Shown here piece by piece: positions 52,179 through 64,000 of a DNA stretch of 64,000 nt (positions within the stretch are counted from its first letter, which is position 1; every line of letters begins with the position of its first letter). The notes beneath the pieces were generated by a model that did no database searches, was not told where the DNA came from, and saw only the letters and a list, made by a program, of their open reading frames with translations. This DNA is from Octopus vulgaris (lineage: Eukaryota): contig OX597819.1 of the NCBI GenBank assembly GCA_951406725.2, positions 23,436,001 through 23,500,000 of the forward strand, in the 5' to 3' direction. The translations under genes and the position numbers were made by a program.

Positions 52179-52414
52179 GTGAAGGCGGCGAGCTGGCAGA
52201 AACGTTAGCACGCCGGGCGATATGTTTTGCGGTATTTCGTCCGCCGCTACGTTCTGAGTTCAAATTCCGCCGAGGTCGACTTCGCCTTTCATCCTTTTGG
52301 GGTCGATAAATTAAGTACCAGCTACGCACGGGGTCGATATAACCGACTTAATCCGTTTGTCTGTCCTTGTTTGTCCTCTCTGTGTTTAGCCCCTTGTGGG
52401 TAGTAAAGAAATAG
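52179..52414 (+). mobile_element. SINE family A (tail 1)
   Basis: 20-bp TSD GTATTATAATTATTCTCTAC at 52159-52178 and 52415-52434. Confidence 0.92.
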
Positions 52415-53200
52415 GTATTATAATTATTCTCTACAATTTGAACAATACAATTTTAACTCTCCTCGGCAAGTCGTCAGTCATTTAGCGCTAGCAAGATAGG
52501 CTATTCTATTAATGTCCAACATAGCAAAGTGTCCAATTTTAAGTCAGTGTCAGCAACAGAGAAATAACCGCATGCAGTGTCAGTTATGTTAAGGTGTGAA
52601 GAGTGGAATACATTTTTAATTACTAAGTCAAAAAAATAAACGTAGAGCCTTCGACACTTATGAAAAGAGGTTATCCTCAGACCCGGAACGCTGCTAGAAT
52701 ACTTACAATAAAGTGAAACTTGCTGGAAGCCCCAGAATTCAATGTGGTTCTGTTAAACCGAGTGACAGGTGATGTCTAGTAACCAAGAACAAGAACGCTC
52801 TTTCTGCAAAGCTTCCACACAGTTCCCGTTTACTGAATTTTAATTCAAAAAGTTTTCTTAGACTTAATGGTATGGTAGAAAACTCTTGTTCAAAATGCCG
52901 CGGTGGGATTGATTTCGAGGCCATATAGTTACAAAACGAATTTCTTAACCACTCGACCATATCTGTGGTGAATGATAACGTGTTAGGCTTTTGCGATGGG
53001 GCTACTTGAGATAAATCAACATGTCATCCATAGACATAATGGTATTTTCCTAATGTTATCTGAAATGTCTTTGATTCATGTTCTCAAAATTGGGGTTGCT
53101 ACTCATACGCTAGTCTCTGACATTTTATGGTTTTGTGTTTTCACTGCGCTGTGACTGCCGACCAAACATACATAGATGATACTGTCATGATCATCCCCTG

Positions 53201-53404
53201 AGGCGGCGAGCTGGTAGAATCGTTAGCACGCCGGGCAAAATGCTTAGCGGCATTTCATCCGGCTTCACATTCTGAGTTCAAATTCTACCTAGGTCACTTT
53301 GCCTTTTATCCTTTTGAGGTCGATTAGGCGCTGGGGGCCAATGTAATCAATTTCCCCCACTACCCCAAAATTGGTGGCCTTGTGCCAAAATTTAAAGCCA
53401 ATAT
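53201..53404 (+). mobile_element. SINE family A
   Basis: Matches the family A consensus. Confidence 0.8.
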
Positions 53405-54163
53405 TTTGATGCCCTTATCACCTGACTTTGCTGTCTGTTCATTTATTCAACATCCGATTCTTTATTCATAACATTTCTTTCCAATTTTCTTGTTTTCCAA
53501 CGTTATTAAAAATTCAAATCGTTCTTCATTAAGTAAAATTAAGATGAATAACCATACTTGAGAAAATGTTATGTATAATAAAACCTCCACAACATATTTT
53601 GCTTCGTTGAGAGATTTATTACAGTAAGAATGGGAAACTACAATGGTTACCGCCACCACCACCCCCTACAACACCATCCAAGCAGCTAACTCCCTGCTAC
53701 CTGAAGTACTCTATAATATCACATACAGTATAATATTACAAGCTTTTCTTCTTTTATTCATGATTATTTTGTTACAAATTGTGAGTCTTTACACTTTTTG
53801 TAAAGCAAGACATTGTCTTCTCTGCAAGGTAGCAGAATAAACTCTGACCTAATAACATTTAACTCAGGATCGATATTCGAAACTATGTTTTTCAGTTAAC
53901 CAAAAACCAGCAAACATCGACTGCGGAAAAGAAAATATGCTATTGCGTAGCGACAACAATGTTGATACGAACGGTGGCCTCGTCTGAAAGTATTTTCGCT
54001 TTTGTTTTGTTTTTACACGAGCATTGAAATTTAATATAACTGACGTATTTAAACATTATTTAATTAACAAATTGCAATTTGTTAATTAGATAACATTTTC
54101 TATAAATACGTGTTTAAAATATTTAAATGTACGATATATATTTTTTTTCATTAATTAATATCG

Positions 54164-54532
54164 AGCGGCGAGTTGGCAGAATCTTTAGTACGCCGGACGA
54201 AATGCTTTGCGGCATTTCGTCCGTCTTCAGGTTTTGAGTTCAAATTTCGTCGAGGTCGACTTTGCTTTGCATCCTTTCAGGATCGATACATTAAGTACCA
54301 GTTGCGTACTGGGGTCGATCTAATCGACTGGTCCCCTCCCCAAAAATTACGGGCCTTGTGCCTAGAGTAGAAAAGAACTTCGAACAGCGAGTTGGCAGAA
54401 ACGTTAGCAGGTTTGAGTTCAAATTTCTCCAAGGTTGACTTTGCCTTTCATCCTTTCAGAGTCGATAATTTAAGTACCAGTCAAGTACTGGGGTGGAAAT
54501 TGCTGGCCTTGTGCCAAAATTTGAAATCATTA
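54164..54532 (+). mobile_element. two tandem SINE family A copies (54164-54378 and 54385-54532)
   Basis: Two heads GCGAGTTGGCAGAA. Confidence 0.8.
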
Positions 54533-55220
54533 TTTATTTTATAAATATATATGTGTGAGAGAGAGAGAGTGGGTGGAGTTCATAAGCTGACCAAGATGCT
54601 CCCATGCAATGTGACCAAATTAGGTTTATTTTTCAACAAAGCCTACACACTTGTGTTAGTGCAGAAGCTTTCATCCTGTTGGTCGTTAAACAAGATGAAT
54701 TCATCATCACTGTGACATTGCTTCCCAGCCAAGCGTTTATCAATGTTGGGGATGGATGATAAACAGATGGGGACAAGTCATGAGATTAGAGAGGGTGGTC
54801 ATCCAGTTCAAAGCCACAGTCACGCACAGCAGCCATTGAAACCAAGGACTTGTGTGCTGGAGCATTGTCCTGATGAAACAAGAGCTCTTTCGTCAGTTTT
54901 CCTGGGTGTTTGGTCTCGATAGCCTTTCGTAACGGCCTCAGCAAGCTGGCATAATACTATCCATTGCTAACGTGGCCCTTTTGAAGATAATCAATAAACA
55001 TAATGCTTTTTGCATCCCAAAAAACTAGGGCCATCACCTATTCCGCAGATGAAATGACGTTTCCATTCTTTGGAGCAGGTGAGGAGAGGTGTTTCCAATA
55101 CATGGATTGTCTTTTTGTCTCTGGTTCAAAGTAACGAAGCCAACACAAATCCTTGTTTAGGAAACGTTAAAGGAAAATGTCTGGATGTGTCTGAAACAGT
55201 ATCAGATTTTCCCCATGAGT

Positions 55221-56192
55221 AGGCGTAGGAGAGGCTGTGTGGTAAGTAGCTTGCTTTCAAACCATATGGTTCCGGGTTCAGTCCCGCTATGTGGCACCTT
55301 GGGCAACTGTCTTCTAATATAGCCTCGAGCCAACTAAATCCTTGTGAGTGGATTTGGTAGACGGATACTGAAAGACGCCCGTCGTATATATGTATATATA
55401 TATCCTCTTCTCCCTCCTCCCTCCTCCCTCCTCTTTCCTTCTCCCCCTCTTCCCCTCTCCTCTCATCTCCTCCCCCTCTCCTCTCTCCTCCTACACTCTC
55501 TCTCTCACTCTCCCCCCTCATCTCCCTTCTCTACACTACACCATACGACATTACACATCACATCATACATACACACGTCCAGACCTTTCATATGCACCAC
55601 ATACTCTCTCATACACACACGCACCCTTATGTTGGGGCGAAGTCATTTGACCTTGTTATCTCCCCTATTTTTGCTCTTGCGTCTCACGTTTGATCTCTGA
55701 CTTCTGGCCAGAATCAGATCGCCATGTTCAATCGCTAGCTTCTGCACGCATTTTTTTCTCTCCTTGTTTCTCTCCGTGTTTCTTTTCTGTATATCTTTCT
55801 ATTGAAGAGCGTAGGCTCGAAACGTAAAAGACTTGTTTTATTTATATTCCTGATCACCATACTAATACAATTGTTTGTTTGTACTCCACCTGCCTTCATC
55901 TTTTGTTTATTTTCATAAAGCTTCCCGTTATATAAATATATATATATGTATGTGTGTGTATATGTTTGTGTGTCTGAGTCTGCCCCCCCCACCCACCCCA
56001 CCACCACCACCAACATCGCTTGACAACCGATGCTGGTGTGTTTACGTCCTCGTAACTTAGCGGTTCGGTCAAAAGAGAACGATAGAATAAGTACTAGGCT
56101 TACAAAGAATAAGTCATGGGGTCGATTTGCTCGACTAAAGGCGGTGCTCCAGCATGGCCGCAGTCAAAATGACTGAAACAAGTAAAAGAGTA
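55221..56192 (+). mobile_element. SINE family B, split by an insertion at about 55401-55935
   Basis: Head at 55221-55390 and tail at 55940-56192. Confidence 0.85.
55793..55832 (+). ncRNA. minimal type-I hammerhead relic in a PLE-like insert
   Basis: AUCUUU CUAUUGA A GAGC-GUAG-GCUC GAAAC GUA AAAGAC; core G5 and A6 are altered. Confidence 0.6.
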
Positions 56193-56743
56193 TGATGTGA
56201 AGACGTGGCGCCAACCATGTAGAAAGTTTCGTCATGTCAAATTCATAGTGCAGAATATTCTCAACTCTCTCACAGGATATGTCAATAACATTGGCCGTTT
56301 GATTTATAGTCAATCACCTGTCATCCATCACCATATGGTGAGCACGTTCAATGTTTTTTCTCGGTGGTGGCAATTGCAGGACATCCAGAGCTTAGGTCAA
56401 CTTCAAGATTTTCTCTTCTTCTCCTAAATCCAGCTGCCCACATTTGCACTGTTGATAAAACTGGAGCATCATCGCTTAATGTAGCAACCATGTCAGTATG
56501 AATGTCCTTGAAGACTAAACCGTTTCTCTACAAGCACTTGATAACACCACGAAACCAATTTTTGCCCATTTTCAAGAGATGTCGCTACTAGTTAATTCTG
56601 AAGTCTTCTCTGAACTGTCGGATGTCTGTTTACCTTGAAAGAAACAATGCGGTTATCAATAAGAAAAGTTGAAATTAATGCATAAAAAATTTCACACTCC
56701 TTACATCACTCCTTCATAGTCAGCCCATGAACTTTTCAGATTG

Positions 56744-56827
<84 letters not shown>

Positions 56828-56832
<5 letters not shown>

Positions 56833-56975
56833 CGACCAGCTTTTTTCAGTTTCCGTCTATCAAATTCACTTTGGTCGATCCAAGGCGATAGTAAGAGCAA
56901 CTTGCACTCGCCTAAGGTGTCACGTAGCGAGACTGAACCCGGAACTTTGTGCCTAAGAAGCCACGCCTGCGCCTA
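56828..56975 (-). mobile_element. SINE family B, 5' half
   Basis: Matches the family B head. Confidence 0.7.
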
Positions 56976-58072
56976 CAAGTGAACGACAATTACACAATGC
57001 CCCTTTTTCAAATTGAAACCACAAAGCTCCACAGCCCGGAAAAGTTACTGCAGTCTCTGAATTTCGTTGGGCTTTTCATCCCAATTTAAGTTGGTCAAAT
57101 CTAATTAACCTTCCCTGTATTTTTAATGATGATTTTTTTACGTTGGTATTTTTTATTTATATTTAATTTAAAATAACAGTCTATGTTTAGGTAACAGAGA
57201 AGCAATTAGAAAGTTGATATTAATAATTTATAATATACAACAGCCTGAAGTAGATAAATTTAATTTATCTACTTTACACACACACACACATACATACAGA
57301 GGCACAGACGCACGCAAACAGCAACAAGCAAAACGTCTCCCCACGTAATAGTTAGATACGTATTTGTTTAATGTATTTCTCGTCTTAATTTACTGTATGT
57401 ATGTACATACACGTATACACATACGAATTTATTTGTTCCTACTCTGCGCCAGCTTGTTAAAATTTGCTTCTCTATGGTAATTTTAGTGTCCGTGTAGATT
57501 GTTTATTGCCTTCATATAACTAAATTGCTGTTTCATCTCTTCTATTTCTCTTTACCTTTCATTTATTTCGCCAAATGTCAAAGAACGTGAGGTGAACTGC
57601 TGACAATAAATAAAACAGTTGGCACTGGATTATGGCCAGATGGTCAAAGCATGGCATTGATTAAGTATTTGGTAATCGTCCGAATCAGTCATTGCGTCAT
57701 TAAGAGTTTGTCAAGTAGACCCAATGGGAAATATTCGTAATGGTCAGAAGTAAACACGTCATATTCTGCTTACATTTTACTTGTTAATATTTTGTTGTTA
57801 AAAAGCAATGTTTATACTCTTGATATTTCTATACATTCTGGCCTCGTATATTACGGGTGTTTGGTTCAATGAAAAAAAAAAACCTGTTAAATTAATCAGA
57901 GATAAATGAATAAAAGCAAGCGTAGGGCAACTAGGACTCATTCCGAGACTCCGGGTTGTCCCTCTGGCATGCAAATAATAACTCCAAAAATATATTAAAC
58001 ACGCATAATGATATTGCTTCACAGTTGGAAGAAAAAGTAAGAGTAAAGTTTAATAATATATGATAAGCAAAC

Positions 58073-58112
<40 letters not shown>

Positions 58113-58115
<3 letters not shown>

Positions 58116-58314
58116 GTTTCAAATTTTGCCACAAGGGCAATAATTTTGGCGGAGGGGATGAGTCGATTACATCGACTCCAGTTCATAACTAGTACTTATT
58201 TTATCAACCCCCGACAGGATGAAAGGCAAAGTCGACTCGGTGAAATTTGAACTCAGAACGTAACGACGGGCGAAATACCGCTAAGCCTGCTAACGATTCT
58301 GCAAGCTCGCCACC
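58113..58314 (-). mobile_element. SINE family A between (TAA)n tracts
   Basis: Matches the family A consensus. Confidence 0.8.
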
Positions 58315-58370
<56 letters not shown>

Positions 58371-58870
58371 TAACAGTGAAAAAAATCTATTTTCTCTGCT
58401 CTGGTGGTAGGTTGATGGGACAATTGCGTAAATCCGCTTTTAAAATACATACACAACACGGTGATGTAAAAACAAGTCATAGTCCGTGATCCCTGGGTGG
58501 GATCACCATTGTGGGTGATCGCTGTAGCACAGTTTTGCGGTCCAAGCAGAATCGTTGACTGATTGCCGGAACGTGTTATCACAGATCAGTCCGTTATAAG
58601 AGTGACATGGTTCGCAACTGAGCGTACCGTGTTCTCCCAGATCAGTGATGAATGAATCAGTGATAAACAAAGAAAGATATATTGTATATTTTCTCTGATC
58701 CTGCCTTTCACTTCCCTCTTGTTTTTTCCTCTTATTCTTACTCTCCCTCCCTCCCTCTCTCTCTCTCTCTCTCTCTCCTGCCTCCTTTTCCGCTCTTACT
58801 CTTTCTTTCATCACGCTCTTTTCTGACTTTTTTCTCTTTTTAATTTTTTGTTGTAATGTATTTTTAATTT

Positions 58871-59180
58871 AAGGCGGCGAGCTGGTAGCCGAGCTCAAAT
58901 TCCACCGAGGTCGACTTTGCCTTTCATCTTTTCGGGATTGATAAATTAAGTAGCAGTTGCATACTGGGTTCGATCTAATCGACTGACACCCGCCCCAAAA
59001 ATTTCAGGCCTTGTGCTTAGAGTACAAAAGAATATATTGTGTCTTGTAAGGTGGCGACCTGGCAGAAACGTTAGCACGCCGGGCGAAATGCTTAGCCCCT
59101 TGTTGGTAGTAAAGAAATTGGTATTTCATCTGCCTTTACGTTCTGAGTTCAAATTCCGCCGAGGTCGGCCTTACCTTTCA
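58871..59180 (+). mobile_element. two partial SINE family A copies
   Basis: Heads at 58871 and 59049. Confidence 0.75.
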
Positions 59181-59545
59181 ACGGGATTTGACCATAAGCA
59201 AGAAAATAATGAATTACAAAATTTGTTTCAGAAACGATTTCGAAAACGCAAGGCGGCAGTAAAATAAAAGATGTATAATCACACACATAAACACACACAT
59301 GCATACATACAAATACACACACATACACAAACACGCATGCATACACACACGCGCGCACACATATTAACACAACATAATGCAAGCATACATGCGCATACAC
59401 TCAATACACATATATACAGATAAATGATACACTCCAACTGCGAAGTTTCTTTTAGCCATTGTAGTTGTCTTCCCCTGGTTCAAATATTGAATTTATATAT
59501 GTAATATAATGTAATGTGTGTGTACATATACACAATAAAAATATC

Positions 59546-59966
59546 GGATCTTTTCGGTTTGAACGGCAGTTTTTAACATAATTTCTAGGTAACTAAAAAA
59601 TTTTAAACTTCGTATACTGGTAGAATGTGTTTATAAAACATCTTTTTCTCTTTGCTTTATTGAGAAAATTCTATAGTTTGTAAGATATTTGTTGTTTTTT
59701 CTTCAATTTCTGCAATTTCAACCAATCACTGACGTCTATTGAGGTAAAAAAAAAATTCTGTGCCGTATGAATATGCCCCTCGTTTAAGAAACAGATTGGG
59801 TTTGTTTACATTTGTGAAGAAAAAAAGATACCCTTCCCCCACCCTAACCCTAACCCTAACCCTAAAACAGATTGAAATGCAATAGATCGATACTAGGGTC
59901 ATTATTATGGGGGACAATTTCATATGACACCGCTAGAAAAAACAGCCGTTCAAATCGAAAAGATCC
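59546..59966. mobile_element. Merlin-like MITE with internal (CCCTAA)n
   Basis: About 29-bp TIR GGATCTTTTCGGTTTGAACGGCAGTTTTT; 8-bp TSD AAAATATC at 59538-59545 and 59967-59974. Confidence 0.8.
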
Positions 59967-60330
59967 AAAATATCTTATCAAGAACAATGTTATCTTCATC
60001 AAATTCCATGTTTCAAACATGCCTGATACATTGTTATATCTTCTGCTTAAAGTTATCAGCCAGCCGTTACCCAAAAGGCTCCGACGTAAAGTGAACATAA
60101 TAAGCGTCTTCCACTGTCGTGTGTGTATATGTCTACTTTAATTACTCCCTATCTGTATCCTTAATTTTGCAACGGAATCTGGCGCTCGCCAACCGTGCCC
60201 GACGTCTTAAACTTACGTTCACTAACAATATGCCGTATTAAATCCGAACGGAATAGAATACATTTAACGAGATACCTCTTATTACATCAACTGACCAAAC
60301 ACTTTTGAACCGAGGGATGCACCACAACTA

Positions 60331-60486
<156 letters not shown>

Positions 60487-60590
60487 TATATATAGTTGAT
60501 GTAATATATCTCGTTATATATATCCGTTATATATAGTATACGTGGACGGCGCGCAGATTATCAAAATAGATACAGTAGGATATATATATA

Positions 60591-60640
<50 letters not shown>

Positions 60641-61152
60641 CTCCAGGTAATCGGCTTGAAATGTTAAGATATTAAGATAATTTTCTATTCATGAAACCGA
60701 TGGTAGCCTTAATACACAAATAAAAAATTTTACCCACCAATGCTGTATTGAACACATATTCTGATTGTTCCACATTTACGGTGACTGACCTTGTTTGACA
60801 AGACAGTCAGTCACCGGCTGACACTCGCTGACGATACGTCGAAGAGGCCAGGGAACAGAAGAAAGAAGAGGAAAGAAGACATGCACCCAACACCAGAGCT
60901 GAAGACACCTCCGAAAGGGGGGGCCCGCCACGTCAAAACGGTAGAGGAGTAGGGGCCGAAACCGGACGTGATTCCTCCTGGTGATGTCTTGAGCTAACTG
61001 GATCCTATAAAGGAGCTGTTGTGGTAGCAGACCACGAAACACGGTTGTAATTCCTTCCTATACATACACTCATATATATACGCAAACATATATATATACA
61101 CACACACACACATATATATATATACACACACACACATATATATGTATGTATG

Positions 61153-61291
61153 TCTATTGTGTCTGGGGAGAGTCATTTTCTTTTTGTGCCTTATTATGTA
61201 ACACACTCACCGGTAAAATTTCCACTTTTTTCTTTTTTTTTTTGTTCTAAAATTTTCGTTGCGTCTTGCGACTCTCTCCAGACACAATAGA
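61153..61291. repeat. PLE-like fragment with 22-bp inverted arms
   Basis: Arms at 61153-61174 and 61270-61291. Truncated hammerhead half GTCGC-AAGAC-GCAAC GAAAATTTT on the minus strand. Confidence 0.65.
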
Positions 61292-61349
61292 ATATGCTTC
61301 AACACACGAACTCATATAAAGAATCTTGCAAACCAAATCCTAAAACGAA

Positions 61350-61820
61350 ATGTATGTATGTCATTATTTAGTTTATTTCAAGATTTCTTGCCAATAGACA
61401 AAGAACCGGTTTCTAACCGAAATACAAGGCTCCTTCAATAACAGGGTATTTTTCTATGTATGTATTTTTTAATGTATGTATGTATGTATGTATCTGTGTA
61501 TGTATCTATGTATGTATCTATGTATGTATGCGTAGATTTGTATGTTTTATGTATGTATTTTCATGCATATTGTTGCTCATATATATTTAAATGACAAACT
61601 GGAAAGTTTTACAGATTTTTACAGTTCCAGTGATAGATTGTATCTGTAGTCTTCAAATTAGCTTTCTCCTTTCTGGCTTTGAGAAACCTAATTTTGTTAC
61701 ATATACCAGGGTTCCACTAATTACAGGTATAAACCTGTTCTTGTAATCTGGATAGAGTAACTTCAGATTTTTCAATAGTTCAGTATAGGTGTTCTCTTTT
61801 TCACTGATCTTCAGCTTTGT
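61350..61820 (-). mobile_element. 5'-truncated RLE-type LINE 3' end flanked by (CATA)n
   Basis: KLKISEKENTYTELLKNLKLLYPDYK..QSITGTVKICKTF, stop at 61587-61589. (TATG)n at 61351-61360 and 61821-61840. Confidence 0.8.
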
Positions 61821-62439
61821 GTATGTATGTATGTATGTATTTGAGACAGTGATAGATAGATATGGAAATATATATATAAAACAGCATTCTTATTGAAGAA
61901 TAATCACGGTTGATATGTATGACGTATGTACGCATGTATGAACATATGTATATATGTATATATGCTTGTATGAATGTGTGTATGTTTGTGTGTATGTGTA
62001 TGTGTGTCTGTGTATAAAGGGTGACAAACCAGAAGTTTGTAGGTCAATGATTCTGTGGTTGCGATACTGAAGAAATGCTAAAAATTACTGTAGCCAGGTC
62101 TGTGTGGTCGTAATGGCAGGAAAGGAGAAAAATATATGACTTCCACCACAACTGGTCTGAGTTACCTGATTTTTATCGAAATTTTCTTGAAAACAAAGCA
62201 AAACCTCCGCGGACTTCGAAAAGCATTTGAAAGAGGAAGAAAAAAAAACCTACGGTGGGGAAAAGTTTCACATAATGTTTGTCTGCCACCGCCGCTTGAC
62301 AACTGGTGCGGTTGTGTAAGCGTCTGCGTAAACTAGCGGTCAGGCAAAAGATATCGCTAGCACGAGACTAAAACATTAGATACTAGGGTCTTATTGCTTG
62401 ACTAAAATCCTTCAGGGTGGTGCCCAGCATGGCTGTTAT

Positions 62440-62662
62440 CCTATTTCTTTACTACCCACAAGGGACTAAACACAGAGAGGACAAACAGGGACAGACAAAC
62501 GGATTAAGTCGATTATATCGACCCGAGTGCGTAACTGGTACTTATTTAATCGATCCCGAAAGGATGAAAGGCAAAGTCGACCTCGGCAGAATTTGAACTC
62601 AGAACGTAGCGGCAGACGAAATACCGCTAGGCATTTCGCCCGGCACGCTAACGTTTCTGCCA
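62440..62662 (-). mobile_element. SINE family A (tail 1)
   Basis: Matches the family A consensus. Confidence 0.88.
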
Positions 62663-62921
62663 CATGTTGCAGTGTATATAGAGCTTACGGCTGTGGTTTT
62701 GTTTCATTCTAAAAGATTGAGTTCTTCTGAGCAATATTGATCTTAATCGTTTGAACTGAATAATAAAACACTAAAATCACAAGTAAAGATACTTTATTGT
62801 GACATTTCTTTTATGGGATGATTGGAAAGGCCAATCCATGGTATTTCGATACAACATCGAAGTGGATCACCAAATTCACCTAAAATGTTAGGAAGTCAGT
62901 TGATCACATGAAACAGACAAA

Positions 62922-63330
62922 CAGGCGTGATTGTGGTAAGAAGCTTGCTTCCTAAACACATGGTTCCGGGTTCGGTCCCACTACGTGGCACCTTGGGTAG
63001 GTGTCTTCTATATCCTCAGACCGACCAAAGCTTTGTGAATGGATTTGGTAGACGGAAATTGAGAGAAGCCCGTCGTAAATATGTACATATATATGTGTGT
63101 GCGTGTGTGTGTGTTTGTGTGTCTGTGTTTGTTCCCCCAACAACGCTTGACTACTGATAGTTGTGTGTTTACGTCACCCGTAACTTAACGGTTCGGCAAA
63201 AGAAAGACCGATAGAATAAGTACTAGGCTTACAAAGAATAAGTCCTGGGGTCGATTTACTCGACTAAAGGCGGTGCTCCAGCATAGCCGCAGTCAAAATG
63301 ACTGAAACAAGTGAAGAGAGAGTAAGAGTA
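62922..63330 (+). mobile_element. SINE family B, full length
   Basis: Matches the family B consensus. Confidence 0.88.
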
Positions 63331-63404
63331 CATCATAAAGTAAAAAAAAATGGTGAACGGATTTGGCTTTGAGTTACAACTGTTAAATTTAGAGGTTTAT
63401 GTTT

Positions 63405-63690
63405 TATGTAAGATATTTGTTGTTTTCTTTCTTCAATTTCTGCAATTTCAACCAATCACTGGCGTCTATTGAGGTAAAAAAAACATTCTGTGTCGTATGA
63501 GTATGTCCCTTGTTTAAGAAACAGATTGGGTTTATTTACATTTGTGAAGAAAAAAAGATACCCTTCCCCCCACCCCTAACCCTAACCCTAACCCTAAAAC
63601 AGATTGAAATGCAATCATCGATACTAGGGCCATAATTATGGTTGACAATTTCATATGACACCGCTAGAAAAAACTGACGTTCAAACCGAA
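63405..63690. mobile_element. partial copy of the (CCCTAA)n MITE
   Basis: Aligns to about 59678-59958. Confidence 0.85.
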
Positions 63691-63798
63691 CGTCACCTTC
63701 TCTCTCTCTCTCCCTCTCTCTCTCTATCTATCACCTTCTCTCTCTCTTTCTCTCTATCTATCTATCTATCTCTCTCTCTCTCTATCTGTCTATCTATC

Positions 63799-63835
<37 letters not shown>

Positions 63836-64000
63836 TTTCTACTTCAGCTACGATGGTTTTGTGCCAGCAACACTCATGTACTTTTTCTACCATCACCCAT
63901 GTTGTGTACTCTACCACCACCATCACCACCTTCGCCACTATCCCCACCCCCATTACCACTACCATCACCACCACTCTTACTGACTCATATTAACAACTTT

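Larger units (their letters stand above)
54571..56749 (-). mobile_element. degraded mariner hosting nested SINE B and PLE inserts
   Basis: Minus-strand HQDNAPAH motif near 54860; terminus ..GAACTTTTCAGATTGCCCTCG. Confidence 0.65.

Noticed and set aside
58503-58660. LSCEPCHSYNGLIC resembling a Ly6/three-finger N-terminus
   Set aside because: Early stop, missing later cysteines and no convincing splice sites.
59840-59866. (CCCTAA)n as a true telomere or chromosome fusion scar
   Set aside because: Only about four units, internal to a TIR element that is present twice.

Overview
AT-rich, microsatellite-dense animal genomic DNA with no convincing host gene. The SINE families and repeat load suggest an octopus or other cephalopod genome (inference, not a database match). 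Almost everything recognisable is transposon-derived: about 30 tRNA-derived SINE copies (working families A-D), several decayed mariner elements and MITEs, a Tigger/pogo relic, non-autonomous Helitrons and a Helentron-like element, a Merlin-like MITE carrying (CCCTAA)n, relics of RTE, Jockey-group, L1/Tx1 and R4/Dong-type LINEs, a TRIM-like mini LTR element, and many Penelope-like (PLE) fragments. Two signals stand out. (1) About ten minimal type-I hammerhead ribozyme motifs or relics, including copies whose core 3-8 pair is swapped to G3-C8 (3262-3313) or U3-A8 (31935-31977). (2) Restriction-like-endonuclease (RLE) LINEs and non-coding partners that sit in (TAA)n and (CATA)n microsatellites, sometimes in the (TAA)n next to a hammerhead-bearing element. 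Most ORFs in the supplied track are microsatellite artefacts. All coordinates were read by eye and element boundaries may be off by a few bases.
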